Shown piece by piece: positions 29,941 through 40,290 of a DNA stretch of 64,000 nucleotides. The stretch comes from an uncultured Pseudomonadota bacterium (GTDB lineage: Bacteria; Pseudomonadota; Alphaproteobacteria; JACZXZ01), in assembly GCA_963749075.1 (NCBI GenBank), contig CAVVLJ010000016.1, forward strand, positions 192,001 to 256,000. The letters run 5' to 3'. Under the pieces are notes generated by a model that was not told the origin of the DNA, did not search any database, and worked only from the letters and a program-made list of their open reading frames with translations. A program made the translations under genes and the position numbers. Positions within the stretch are counted from its first letter, which is position 1. Each line of letters starts with the position of its first letter.

Positions 29941-32900
29941 TGGCCAGCTTGACCTGCCCAATGGGATCGACCACGACCTTGTGTCCGCCTTGTCTCACGA
30001 GCGACGCGGGATTCGGTCGCCCCCAGACAATTCCGTCGGCATCGAGGTGATCCTCGAGGACGATCTGGCCATTCGCCCAGACGCCCGTCACCACCCTAAA
30101 GCCTCTTGAGTGCGGGCTGTCAGGCGACCGGAATTCAATTGTGTCACCGGGCGAAAGTGACATCACGAGCGCGCCTCCCCTAGGCGAGGTCTTTCTTACG
30201 ATGGCCTCCTTTCGAGATAGACGTTGAGCTGCTTTGAACAGAGGCACAACTTCAAAGGAGATTGCGCCATCATTTTCGCGGTAAATGGCCATGTGGTGAT
30301 TTTCACTAAGATCGGCGTACCCGGTGGATACCGGCGCCAGCAGGGACAACTGCTGCTTCGAGAGAACGCGCACTTTGCGGATCTCCGGGCCGCCGTTGCC
30401 TAGTCTCGGATAGGTCGCAAATGCCTTTTTCGGATCGCCGCCCCGCGCGTCAACCCACTGTTTAAGGATTTCTCTCACTGTATTGTCGCGGACAATCATC
30501 TTCACGCGGCCTTCGAGCTTGTCCTGGCTGAGCGCCTCAAATGGCAGCTCCTCGACGCGTTTTCGAGTGACGAGCAAACGGTAGGTGCTTTCGGATTTCG
30601 TTTCATCTTGGCCGGTGTCGCCGTAATAGGTCTCCGAGTGCAACGCGCCAGAGACCTTCTTGCGAACCCGATGGGACACGACAATCCGCTGCAGCACCTG
30701 ATCGGCATCAGATAGAATCGATGGCCACGGCTTCGGCAGCTCTGGCCGCAGACCTTTGCGCCAATCGGCATTCCAGTCCGATAGGCGTTTGACGAAGGCT
30801 GGGGTCGTGAGCGCCACTGCGAGGGCATCCACCGCATGGTGCCGGTGGTCGGCGCGGTTTTTTCGGTTGTTGTCGGAGAGCAGGGTATTTAGCTCCCAGG
30901 CGTCACGAAATTGCGCGGTGATGGACCCGTTGCAGGTTATGACTGGTGCCATGCTGCCGTCATCGGGATATAGGGACTTGAGAAAATCCCGCGCTAATAC
31001 CGAGGCGTAGGCAGTATCGCGTAGCTGCCGCTCCTCGAATTTCGGCGTGCCCGCCTCGGCAAAGCTCGCCGCGAGGAATCGCCTGATCTTCGGATGATGT
31101 GGATCATCGAAGCAAGACTTGAGGCGCATCTTTAGCTCATGATATTTTTCCGCGTCATGGCCGAAGACTTCGTATGGAGTCTTGTTGCCTTTAATGTTGC
31201 GATTGAATTCAACCTCGCAAAGGGTTTTGTTTGTAAAGCTGTTATCAAGGCTGCGGGATCGCGGCCAGATGTGTTCGAACGTCAAACTGCCCATTACGGA
31301 ATAGGGCGTCGAATCCGATCTTCTGGCCCGTATACGGGCATCGTTCGTTGCTCTCCTTCCATAGAAGCCATTTTTCAATATTTCGGCCGCTGGCGGGAAC
31401 GTCGCTGGCCTCAAGTTCCTTCGTCGCGGTCTTACGCTGGCGCTCACGATCGCGATTTCTCTTGTCGGTCGCTTCCCGGCGCTTTTTCGGTTGGCGGAGC
31501 TCCCGGGCCAGTTCCACGCGGATCATGTCTGGTTTTCCGTAGGCACGAACCAGGTTGTTGACGACCTTCCGCACTTCGTTGAGGGTACGAGTGACGGTTG
31601 GATTTCGCGTTTCCGGCATCTGTCTCGGATGGGCTGGCAGCACGTCTCTGATTTCGCCGGTCGGGCTGTCCATATTCGGGAAATGTTCCGACCGCCACTC
31701 GTGCCAATCTGGAGACATCGTGAGTTCGCCGACACCAACGCCCTTCTCCAGCTCGGGCAGCATCGTTTCGATTGCCTTTGTTGAAAGGCGGGTCCAGCCG
31801 GCTGGCAGATTCAGCTGACTTAGAGCCTGGGCCTGCTCTGTCGTGATGTCCCAATCACGTTCCATCGCGGCGGCCGCTTTGGCGCGTAATTCCGCTTGCT
31901 CTTTGCCGCGCCGAATCTCGATGCGCCGCTTGCCGACCGGCAGATAGTCGGCCAGGAAAATCCTTTCGTGTATCTGCGCGCGAATGCGGTCGTGTGCCGG
32001 CAGTGTTGGCCAAGCTTCGCGGAAAATTTCGCGAAGCTCCGCTTCGAGTGCGTTGCCTTTGAGCGCCCTTTCGGAGACTTCCAGATTGAACCGTTGATGG
32101 ATGTCCTGCCCTTCGGCCAGCCATAAATCCTTGAATGCTTTGCGAGCTGCCCCGAATGTGACCGTTCGTTGCGTCTGAGCGATATCGACGATGATCGACC
32201 GTTCTCGCTTGTCAAGGTGCCTCTGATTGCCGCCGACGATGCGCAATTTGTTGATCTGCTCGAGCATCACCCATTGCTGTGTCGACCAAGCGGCCTTCGG
32301 CGCGGGTAAATCATCGGGGCAGAAGCGGCAATGGCCCAAGGTATTGAGGCGCCAGAAGACTGGCCGCTGGTGGAACACGATGTATTCGACAGCCTTCCTG
32401 CGCTCGTCCGTCAGGACGCTCGGATGGTACTTGGATTGGGCCTCCCACAGGCGGGCAAGCTCGTCCTGGAACATCGTCCGGCTGGTGTGCCGCTTCCGCT
32501 TTCGTTCGCTGGCCGGTAGCTCGGCGAGATATGTTCCCAATGTCTTTCCCGCAAGATGGCTTTGCAAACCCTCAATCTCGGCTTTAATGCCTTTTGTCTC
32601 GGCGTCATCCTCGGTGGTCTCGTCGAAGTCGCGCCCGAGGAAGCCACGCCTTTTCCCTAGGTGATAGATGGCCCGGCCGAGTTGGCAAGGTTCGAGCCGC
32701 TCTGCCAGACCCCGTCGCCGTAGGTTATAGGGGTCGTTGGCCCCAGTCTTCTCCATCGCCGTCGCCTTAGCCCAATCGCTACCCTTCTCGGCGGAAAAGG
32801 CTGGCAGCAAGCCCATTTCATGCAAGAGCTGCCCGAGTAGCCTCCGACGGGCGCGACGGCGGCGTAGCGTCCGCCGAGCCAGTCGCTTCGTTCGACGAAT

Positions 32901-33059
32901 CTGGTTAGGCGGGTAACTTGTTGTCTGCTGGCGGACGACGCCTTCGGGAAAAATCCGGACGCCCATGGCGGCAACGCTGCCGGTCGAAGACGCTTCGCTC
33001 CAGTCGACCAGCGCCCAACCGACCGATGTGGTGCCAAGATCCAGGCCGAGGATGCGCAT
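29933..33059 (-). CDS. cas9: Compact type II-C Cas9 (~1041 aa after removing a +1 frameshift at ~31278)
   Basis: RuvC-I GLDLG, Arg-rich bridge helix, RuvC-II IRVELARE, HNH CPYTG..DVEHIWPRS..DNSFTNK, RuvC-III DHRHHAVDA; split into two ORFs by an extra T in GACGTTCGAA. Confidence 0.92.
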
Positions 33060-33098
33060 GCCACCCCCTTCGTCCCTCGTCGCCTATTTCGCGCTTGA

Positions 33099-33133
33099 GG
33101 CGAACATCTACAAATGTTAACATGTTTTTGTAG
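33099..33133. promoter_or_regulatory. Divergent cas9/tracrRNA promoter with palindromic extended -10 (ATGTTAACAT)
   Basis: TGTTAACAT (TGnTAnnnT) on both strands at 33114-33123, flanked by CTACAAA/TTTGTAG inverted repeat. Confidence 0.55.
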
Positions 33134-33255
33134 CAAATCGAGGATCGACCGCTTATCGCAGGCAAAACGTAAGCGTCGTTCTGTGCGGGCTGGGCATCCC
33201 AATGACGCATCCACTGCCCACTCTATCCAAACCCCGGCTTATCGCCGGGGTTTGT
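33129..33255 (+). ncRNA. tracrRNA
   Basis: Anti-repeat TGTAGCAAATCGAGGATCG-A-CCGC..CGCAG complementary to the repeat; downstream hairpins; terminator AAACCCCGGC-TTATC-GCCGGGGTTT at 33229-33253. Confidence 0.9.
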
Positions 33256-33355
33256 CGTAGGAGGGCATTTCTCGCTCGGCATCACTTACCCTAGGCAAGC
33301 GCTCGCCGCTGGCGCAAAATGCGCCATGAGCAGAGCGATTATCGGGGGAGCGGGC

Positions 33356-33865
33356 ATGCCGCAGGAGAGCGCCGTCGAGGCCAAGCCGGCGGTTACGGAA
33401 GTCGTCGGGCGCTTCGCCGAGCGGGCGCCCTTCAAGGCCGCGGTCGAGGCGCTCCTGGCCGCCGGCTTCGAGCGCAGCGATCTCTCGGTGCTCGACAGCC
33501 ACGACTCGCTCGCCGCCGCGGAAGGGAAGGACGAGAGCTGGCGCACGACGCTCGCCGGGCTCGTGGGCGAGGCCAAGTATCTCGAGCCGATCACTGCCGC
33601 CGGCCTCATCCTCCTCGCCTCGGGCGCCATCGGCGCCGCCGTTGCGGGCGCCATCGCGGCCGGCCTCGGCGGCATGGCGGCCTTCGAGCTCCTGCGCGAG
33701 GTGCGCGCCACGCCCCACTTCCGCGAGTTCGCCACGGCGCTCGAGCACGGCGCCGTGCTGCTGTGGGTGCTGGCCGAAACTCCCGATCGCCAGCGGCTCG
33801 CGCGCGAAGCCCTGGCACGCCAGGGTGCCGCCGACATCCACGTCCACACGCGCGCCGCCCGCTGA
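33356..33865 (+). CDS. Hypothetical membrane protein (Gly/Ala-rich TM hairpin)
   Basis: Host-like codon usage, SD GGGGAG; AVEALLAAGFERSDLSVL..GAVLLWV. Confidence 0.65.
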   Translation: MPQESAVEAKPAVTEVVGRFAERAPFKAAVEALLAAGFERSDLSVLDSHDSLAAAEGKDESWRTTLAGLVGEAKYLEPITAAGLILLASGAIGAAVAGAIAAGLGGMAAFELLREVRATPHFREFATALEHGAVLLWVLAETPDRQRLAREALARQGAADIHVHTRAAR

Positions 33866-33920
33866 TTTCCGGGCGCTCCACTCCCGCAGCACGCGCCGCC
33901 ATAAGTAACGGAGGGAACCT

Positions 33921-35597
33921 GTGCCCTTGATGTCCGGAAAGCGCGCCTTTCTCGAGCTCCTCAAGAGCGAGGGCGTCGCCCTCATGTTCGGCAATCCCGG
34001 CACCACGGAGCTGCCGCTCATGGACGCGCTCGCGGTCGACAACGAGATGCGCTACGTGCTCGGCCTCCATGAGGGCGTGGTGATGTCGATGGCGGACGGC
34101 TACGCCCAGGCGAGCGGCAAGCTCGCGGTCGTCAACCTCCACGTGGCGCCCGGCCTGGGCAACGCCATGGGCATGCTCTACGACGCGCAGAAGGCGGGCG
34201 CTCCCATCCTGGTGACCGCCGGTCAGCACGAGCAGAGCTTCAACGTGACCGAGCCGATCCTCTGGGCCGAGCTGCCGCCGATCGCGCGGCCGTTCGTCAA
34301 GTGGTCGGCCGAGGTGCACCGGCTCGCCGATCTGCCGCGCATGGTGCACCGCGCGGCGAAGACGGCGCTGGCGCCGCCGACGGGCCCGGTCTTCCTCTCG
34401 CTGCCGGGCGACATCCTCAATGCCGAGGCCGATCTCACGCTCGGAGCGCCCACGCGGATCGCACCGCGCACGCGCGGCGACGCTGCCGCGGTCGCGGCGG
34501 CGGCGGCCCTGCTCGCCAGGGCCGAGCGGCCGGTCATCATGGCGGGCGACGCGGTGGCGCAGAGCGGAGCGCACCGCGAGCTCGCTGCCTTAGCCGAGCT
34601 CCTCGGCGCACCTGTCTATGCCGAGGGCATCGCCAGTACCGCCTCCTTCCCGGCCTCGCACCCGCTCTTCCGCGGCAGCATCGTGCGCTTGGCGCCTGCG
34701 CTCCGGGAGGCGCTCGGCGAATACGACGTGCTCTTCTCCGTGGGCGGCGATCTCGTCACGCTCTCGCTGCCCTCGAACGTCGAGCCCATGCCGGAGGGAT
34801 TGACCGTCATCCATCTCGATACCGATCCGTGGGAGCTCGGCAAGAACTACGCCGCCGAGGTGGCGATTCTCGGCGATCCCAAGCCGACGCTGCCGGAGAT
34901 CGCCGCGGCCGTGGCCGAGCGCATGACGCCCGATGCGGCGGCGCGGGCACGCGCGCGCCTAGAGGCTGCCAAGACGGCGATCGCCGGCGAGCGCGCGGCG
35001 CTCAAGGCGCGCGCCAGGGCGGCAGCGGCGCGCTCGCCCATCCAGCCGCTCGCTCTCCTGGAGGCCATCGGCGAGCTCCTGCCGCCGGATGCGGTGGTGG
35101 TCGACGAGACGATCTCCTCGGGCGGGTCTTTGCGCCAGCTCCTCAAGAGCGACGACCCGCAGAGCTTCTACGGCCTCCGCGGCGGCGGCATCGGCTGGGG
35201 CCTGCCGGCGGCGATCGGCGTCAAGCTGGCGCTGCCCGAGCGGCCGGTCGTGGCGCTCATCGGCGACGGCAGCGCCATGTACAGCATCCAGGGCCTGTGG
35301 ACCGCGGCGCACGAGCGCATCGCCGTCGTCTTCGTCATCCTCAACAACCGCTCCTACCGCATCCTCAAGCAGCGGGTGAACGCGCTCAAGGGCCATGCGG
35401 CGCAGAGCGACATCTACGTGGCCATGGACCTCGTCGATCCGGCGATCGATTACGTGGGCGTCGCGCGCGGGCTCGGTCTTGCGGCCGACCACGCGGCGAC
35501 CATCCCCGAGGCGATCCGCTTCATCCGGCAGGCGCTCGCGAGCGGAGCACCAGCACTCATCGACGTCGCCATTGATCCGGCCTTCAAGCCGGTGTAA
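33921..35597 (+). CDS. ThDP-dependent enzyme (benzoylformate decarboxylase-like)
   Basis: FGNPGTTELP, HVAPGLGN, GDGSAMY..ILNN. Confidence 0.88.
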   Translation: MPLMSGKRAFLELLKSEGVALMFGNPGTTELPLMDALAVDNEMRYVLGLHEGVVMSMADGYAQASGKLAVVNLHVAPGLGNAMGMLYDAQKAGAPILVTAGQHEQSFNVTEPILWAELPPIARPFVKWSAEVHRLADLPRMVHRAAKTALAPPTGPVFLSLPGDILNAEADLTLGAPTRIAPRTRGDAAAVAAAAALLARAERPVIMAGDAVAQSGAHRELAALAELLGAPVYAEGIASTASFPASHPLFRGSIVRLAPALREALGEYDVLFSVGGDLVTLSLPSNVEPMPEGLTVIHLDTDPWELGKNYAAEVAILGDPKPTLPEIAAAVAERMTPDAAARARARLEAAKTAIAGERAALKARARAAAARSPIQPLALLEAIGELLPPDAVVVDETISSGGSLRQLLKSDDPQSFYGLRGGGIGWGLPAAIGVKLALPERPVVALIGDGSAMYSIQGLWTAAHERIAVVFVILNNRSYRILKQRVNALKGHAAQSDIYVAMDLVDPAIDYVGVARGLGLAADHAATIPEAIRFIRQALASGAPALIDVAIDPAFKPV

Positions 35598-35606
35598 GCC
35601 GCGGCG

Positions 35607-35775
35607 TTCCCTCTCCTCCTTTCCCCTCTCCTCCTTTAGGAGGAGAGGGCGGGGCCCATCGCGAAGCGATGGGAGGGTGAGGAGGACCACCGCAGCAAGT
35701 GCACACTGGCTTCTAACGTGATCGGCCCGATCACCTCCTCACCCTGACCCTCTCCTCCTGAAGGAGGAGAGGGAT
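35607..35775. repeat. Family A repeat (inverted relative to the 2244 and 52982 copies)
   Basis: CCCTCTCCTCCT-N-AGGAGGAGAGGG at both ends; conserved CCCATC..GATGGG internal hairpin. Confidence 0.8.
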
Positions 35776-35899
35776 GAAGCCGATCGCAGAGGGCGCGCCG
35801 CCGCCGCATTGACCCGCCGCGGGCTTTATGCAAGCCTCCATGACAAATGGCAAGGCGTCCATCACGCGGGCGCAAAGAGAACGATCATGGGGGGATGCC

Positions 35900-37264
35900 G
35901 TGGCCAGGAGCACACGAGGGCCATCCGATGTATCGCGCCGTTCGGCGCTCAGACGCGGGCTCGGGGCCGCCGGCCTCGCCGTAGTCGGAGCGCCCTGGAT
36001 CAGGTGCTTCGCCGAGGCCCAGGGCAGCGCCTTCGACTGGCAGCGCTACAAGGGCCAGCATCTCGAGATCTCCCATACCAAGGGGCCGCGCGGCGACCTC
36101 CTGCAGAAGTACGAGAAGGAGTTCGAGGTGCTGAGCGGCATCTCGGTCGGCTCCGAGCAGGTGCCCGAGCAGCAGCACCGCCAGAAGGTGGCGATCGAGT
36201 TCACCTCCGGCAGTCCCAGCTTCGACGTGGTGACCGTCTCCTATCACGTGCAGAAGCGCCTCTACGGCAAGGGCAAGTGGCTCCTCGATGTCAGGGAGCT
36301 GATCAAGGACGCCAACATGACGGCGCCCGCTTTCGACTTCGCGGACTTCGCCAAGGGTCCGGTCGACTATGCGACCCAGGCGGACGGCCGGCTCGACACG
36401 CTGCCGCTCAACCTCGATTACTGGATGATCTATTGGAACAAGGAGCTCTTCGCCGCCAAGGGCGTCGCCTATCCCAAGTCCTTCCCCGAGATGCTCGAGG
36501 CCGCCAAGGCGCTCAACGACCCCAAGTCGGGGATCGCCGGCTACCTCTCGCGCGGGCTCAAAAACGCCAACGTGCCGGTGTGGACGAGCTTCCTCCTCGG
36601 CTACGGCGTCGATCCCATCGAGCGCAATCTCACCATGCACACGGACGGCCCCGAGGCGATCGCCGCCGGCGAGATCTATCAGAAGGTCACGCGGGACTTC
36701 GGCCCCCTGGGCGTCGCCGGCTTCAACTGGAACGAATGCCAGTCGAGCTTCGTGCTCGGGCGCGGCGCCATGTGGCTCGACGGCATCGGCTTCGCGCTCC
36801 CGCTCGAGGACAAGAAGAAGTCGCGCGTCGTCGGCAAGGTCGGCTACGGCGTGATGCCGCCCGGCCCGAAGGCGCAGCATTCGGCACTCTTCGGCGACGG
36901 CATCGGCATCGCGGCCGCGACGAAGAAGACCGGGCCGGCCTGGCTCTACTGCCAGTGGGCGACCAGCAAGGCGATGAACCAGCGCCAGATCGAGGGCGGC
37001 TACGGCGCTCCCGGCCGCACCTCGGCCTATGCCGCCGCCGGCGCCTCGGGCCATCTCACGGCACCGCGCGAGTGGCTCGAGTGCATGGAGGGCTCGATCA
37101 AGATCGCCCGCGCCGGCCTGCCGGAGATCATCGAGGTGACCCAGTTCCGCGACATCTTCGGGATCGCCCTCACCAACCTCGTCACCGGCGGCGATCCGGC
37201 GAGCGAGCTCAAGAAGGCGACCGAGCAGTTCAAGCCCATTCTCGAGAAGAGCGAGAAAGGCTGA
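35900..37264 (+). CDS. Carbohydrate ABC substrate-binding protein with Tat signal (start uncertain)
   Basis: SRRSALRR signal; SBP_bac motifs IYWNKELF, KVGYGVMPPGP. Confidence 0.85.
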   Translation: MARSTRGPSDVSRRSALRRGLGAAGLAVVGAPWIRCFAEAQGSAFDWQRYKGQHLEISHTKGPRGDLLQKYEKEFEVLSGISVGSEQVPEQQHRQKVAIEFTSGSPSFDVVTVSYHVQKRLYGKGKWLLDVRELIKDANMTAPAFDFADFAKGPVDYATQADGRLDTLPLNLDYWMIYWNKELFAAKGVAYPKSFPEMLEAAKALNDPKSGIAGYLSRGLKNANVPVWTSFLLGYGVDPIERNLTMHTDGPEAIAAGEIYQKVTRDFGPLGVAGFNWNECQSSFVLGRGAMWLDGIGFALPLEDKKKSRVVGKVGYGVMPPGPKAQHSALFGDGIGIAAATKKTGPAWLYCQWATSKAMNQRQIEGGYGAPGRTSAYAAAGASGHLTAPREWLECMEGSIKIARAGLPEIIEVTQFRDIFGIALTNLVTGGDPASELKKATEQFKPILEKSEKG

Positions 37265-37274
37265 GCCGCGCGCC

Positions 37275-38168
37275 ATGACGGTGGCGCGGCTGTTCGCGGG
37301 CGCGGCACCCTGGCGCCGCGGGCGCTACGTCGTCTTCATCCTCCCGGCGCTCGCCGTCATGCTGGCGGTCATCGTCTTCCCTTGGCTCTTCACGCTCTTC
37401 ATGAGCGTCGAGGACTGGAAGATCGGCCGGGAGCGCAGCTTCGTCGGCCTCGACAATTACCTCGCCCTCTTCGGCGACGCGCGCTTCCGCGGCGCACTCC
37501 TGCGCACGCTCTATTACAGCGCGCTCGCCGTCGTCGTTCCGGTGATCCTCGGCACCTTCTCGGCGGTCGTCTTCCATAAGCGCTTCCCGCTGCGCGGCCT
37601 CCTGCGCGGCATCTTCATCCTCCCCATGATGGCGACGCCGGTCGCTGTGGCGCTCGTCTGGACCATGATGTTCCATCCCCAGCTCGGCGTCCTCAACTAT
37701 CTCCTGAGCCTCGTCGGCCTGCCCCCGCAGGCCTGGGTCTATGCGCCCGACACGGTGATCCCGACGCTCGTCATGGTCGAGGTCTGGCAATGGACGCCGC
37801 TTGTCATGCTCATCGTGCTCGGCGGGCTCGCGGCGCTGCCGACCGAGCCCTACGAAGCGGCGCACATCGACGGCGCCTCCGAATGGCGCATGTTCCGCCA
37901 TATCACCTTGCCGCTCCTTCTCCCCTTCATCATGGTGGCGGCGATCATCCGTGCGATCGACGCGGTCAAGGCCTTCGACATCATCTTCGTGATCACCCAG
38001 GGCGGTCCCGGCACGGCGTCGGAGACGATCAACATCTACCTCTATCTCCAGGCCTTCGCGTTCTACAACATCGGCTATGCCTCGGCGGTGGTGGCGGTGT
38101 TCTTCGTGCTCATCGTGGCGCTCTCTCTGGCCCTCCTCTACGTGCGGCAGAAGACGCAATGGACGTAA
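37275..38168 (+). CDS. Carbohydrate ABC permease
   Basis: FVGLDNY, EAAHIDGA, TQGGPG. Confidence 0.9.
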   Translation: MTVARLFAGAAPWRRGRYVVFILPALAVMLAVIVFPWLFTLFMSVEDWKIGRERSFVGLDNYLALFGDARFRGALLRTLYYSALAVVVPVILGTFSAVVFHKRFPLRGLLRGIFILPMMATPVAVALVWTMMFHPQLGVLNYLLSLVGLPPQAWVYAPDTVIPTLVMVEVWQWTPLVMLIVLGGLAALPTEPYEAAHIDGASEWRMFRHITLPLLLPFIMVAAIIRAIDAVKAFDIIFVITQGGPGTASETINIYLYLQAFAFYNIGYASAVVAVFFVLIVALSLALLYVRQKTQWT

Positions 38169-39037
38169 CGGCGCAAGCGCGGGCGGCGCTCAAGCTGCGG
38201 CCCGGCGCGCGCGCGCGGCTGCGGCGGATCGGCGCCAAGGCGGCCCTCGCCCTCTCGGTCCTCGTCATCGTCTCGCCGGCTGCCCTCGTCTTCCTCTGGA
38301 TGCTGTCGCTCTCGCTCAAGACGGAGATCGAGAACATCGCCTACCCGCCCGTGTTCATCCCAGCACACCCGACGCTCGACAATTTCGCCGAGGTGTTCCG
38401 CGCCAGCCCCTTCGCGCGCTATGCGCTCAACAGCGTCATCGTGACCGGCTCGGCGGTGCTGCTGGCGCTCCTCATCGGCGTTCCCGCCGGCTACGGCATC
38501 GCCAAGGCCAAGGCCTTCAAGCTCGCCGTCGTGGTGCTCATCTCGCGCATCACGCCGGGCTTGAGCTACCTCATCCCGCTCTTCATCCTCTTCCAGTGGC
38601 TCGGCCTCACGGGCACGCTCGTCCCCCTCGTCATCACCCACCTCGTGATCACCGTGCCCATCGTGGTGTGGATCATGATCGGCTTCTTCGAGGCGCTGCC
38701 GCGCGATCTCGAGGAGGCGGCCCTCATCGACGGGGCGACGGCGTGGCAGGCCTTCCGCCACATCGCCCTGCCGCTCTCGCGCCCCGGCATCGTGGTCGCC
38801 GCCATCCTCTCCTTCATCTTCTCGTGGAACAACTTCATCTTCGGCGTGGTGCTGACGGGACGCGAGACGCGCACGCTGCCGGTCGCGGTCTACAACGTGC
38901 TCACCTTCGAGCAGATCTCCTGGGGCCCCCTCGCAGCTGCCGCCCTCATCGTGACGCTCCCCGTGCTCGTCCTCACCGTCTTCGTGCAGCGCGAGATCGT
39001 GGCCGGCTTGACCGCGGGCGGCGTCAAGGGCGGGTAG
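38159..39037 (+). CDS. Carbohydrate ABC permease
   Basis: PTLDNF, LEEAALIDGA, FSWNNF, GLTAGGVKG. Confidence 0.9.
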   Translation: MDVTAQARAALKLRPGARARLRRIGAKAALALSVLVIVSPAALVFLWMLSLSLKTEIENIAYPPVFIPAHPTLDNFAEVFRASPFARYALNSVIVTGSAVLLALLIGVPAGYGIAKAKAFKLAVVVLISRITPGLSYLIPLFILFQWLGLTGTLVPLVITHLVITVPIVVWIMIGFFEALPRDLEEAALIDGATAWQAFRHIALPLSRPGIVVAAILSFIFSWNNFIFGVVLTGRETRTLPVAVYNVLTFEQISWGPLAAAALIVTLPVLVLTVFVQREIVAGLTAGGVKGG

Positions 39038-39112
39038 GGGCTTAGGCACGCCGCTCGGAAGGCATGGAATTCGCGTGATGCCTCAATTCGAAATCCTCGA
39101 ACCCGCCGGCAA

Positions 39113-39275
39113 TCCCCCTCTCCTCCTTCAGGAGGAGAGGGCCGGGGTGAGGAGGTGTCGAAGCCGCGCAGTGGCCGCATGGAGTGCGCGGGATGGTGGG
39201 CTCGCCTCTTCCTTTCCCGCGCTCGATCGCTTGACCTCCTCACCCTAACCCTCTCCTCCTGAAGGAGGAGAGGGG
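39113..39275. repeat. Family A repeat between convergent genes
   Basis: Terminal CCCTCTCCTCCT/AGGAGGAGAGGG hairpins with GGGGTGAGGAGG...CCTCCTCACCCT inner arms. Confidence 0.8.
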
Positions 39276-39316
39276 AGGCACTCGTCGTATGCGAAAATGC
39301 AAATGGCAGCGGCCGC

Positions 39317-40270
39317 TCAGGAGGCCGGCCGCAGCAATCCCGCCGTCCGCGCGATGCTGAGGAGCCCGCGCGCCGCCGCGTCGGCTTCCGCGAGGCGGGC
39401 CGCGATCCCGCGCGCCTCGAGCGCCGCGCCGTAGAGGCGGGCGAGCGCCGCCTCGCCGATCACGCTGGCCGCGACGGGCGGTGCCGCGAGCCGCGCCCCG
39501 AGGCTCGCCAGCGCCTCGCCGAGCTCGCTGCCGATGAGGAGCCCGGAGAGGTAGGAGGCGACGCCGGCCCTCGGCAGCTCGCCGAAGAGGGCGAGCGTGC
39601 GCGCGCTGAAGAGCTTGTGGAGGAGGCCGCCCGCCTGCGGCGAGGCCTCGGCGGCCTCGGCCAGGCCGCGGCGGAAGTGCACGGCATCGTGCGTCTCGCC
39701 CTCGATGAGGCGGCCCAAGATGCTGTGCGCCTTGAGCACGGCATAGAGCTCGCCGGTCATGAAGGTGGCGAACCACACGATGCGCCGCCCCGCGACGAGC
39801 GCCCATTTGCTGTGCGTGCCGGGCAGCACGAAAATCTCGCTGCCGCCGCTTCCGCCTTGGGCGAGGCTGCCGAGAATCTGCGTCTCCTCGCCGCGCATCA
39901 CGTCCGGCGGCCCGGCTGCCGTGCGATAGGAGACGCCGGGCACGATCGAGAGCGGGTGCCCGCTGCCGGTCTCGACGCAAACGAGGCCGCGCGCGAGCTC
40001 CTCGAGACCCGCGGGCGCCTCGGCATAAGGCGCCTCACGCCAGCCTTGCCGGCTGCCGATCATGCCGGCGGCGAGCGCCGGCAGCCCCGGATGGTCTGCG
40101 AGCCAGGGGCCGGCGATCTCCGCGAAGGTGCGGGCGAAGTCGCGTTCCGGCACATGGAGCACGCCGCGGGGCGCCTCGCGGCGCTCGAGCACGCCGCCGT
40201 CGGCCGCCACCAGGAAGGCGCGCAGCGAGCTGGTGCCCCAGTCGAGTGCGAGGAGTGCCGGCGTCGTCAT
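39317..40270 (-). CDS. dgoK: 2-dehydro-3-deoxygalactonokinase
   Basis: LDWGTSSLRA, GMIGSRQGW, DVMRGEETQ, PGTHSKW, TFMTGE. Confidence 0.92.
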   Translation of the reverse strand: MTTPALLALDWGTSSLRAFLVAADGGVLERREAPRGVLHVPERDFARTFAEIAGPWLADHPGLPALAAGMIGSRQGWREAPYAEAPAGLEELARGLVCVETGSGHPLSIVPGVSYRTAAGPPDVMRGEETQILGSLAQGGSGGSEIFVLPGTHSKWALVAGRRIVWFATFMTGELYAVLKAHSILGRLIEGETHDAVHFRRGLAEAAEASPQAGGLLHKLFSARTLALFGELPRAGVASYLSGLLIGSELGEALASLGARLAAPPVAASVIGEAALARLYGAALEARGIAARLAEADAAARGLLSIARTAGLLRPAS

Positions 40271-40290
40271 GTTTCGGGCCGGCCGCCGGC

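Noticed and set aside
29933-33059. cas9 as a true pseudogene or naturally split Cas9
   Set aside because: The single-base insertion fits the same motif-linked pattern as four other genes; catalytic residues and repeats are intact
35900-39037. Sugar ABC operon lacking an ATPase gene
   Set aside because: Common; shared ATPases are often encoded elsewhere
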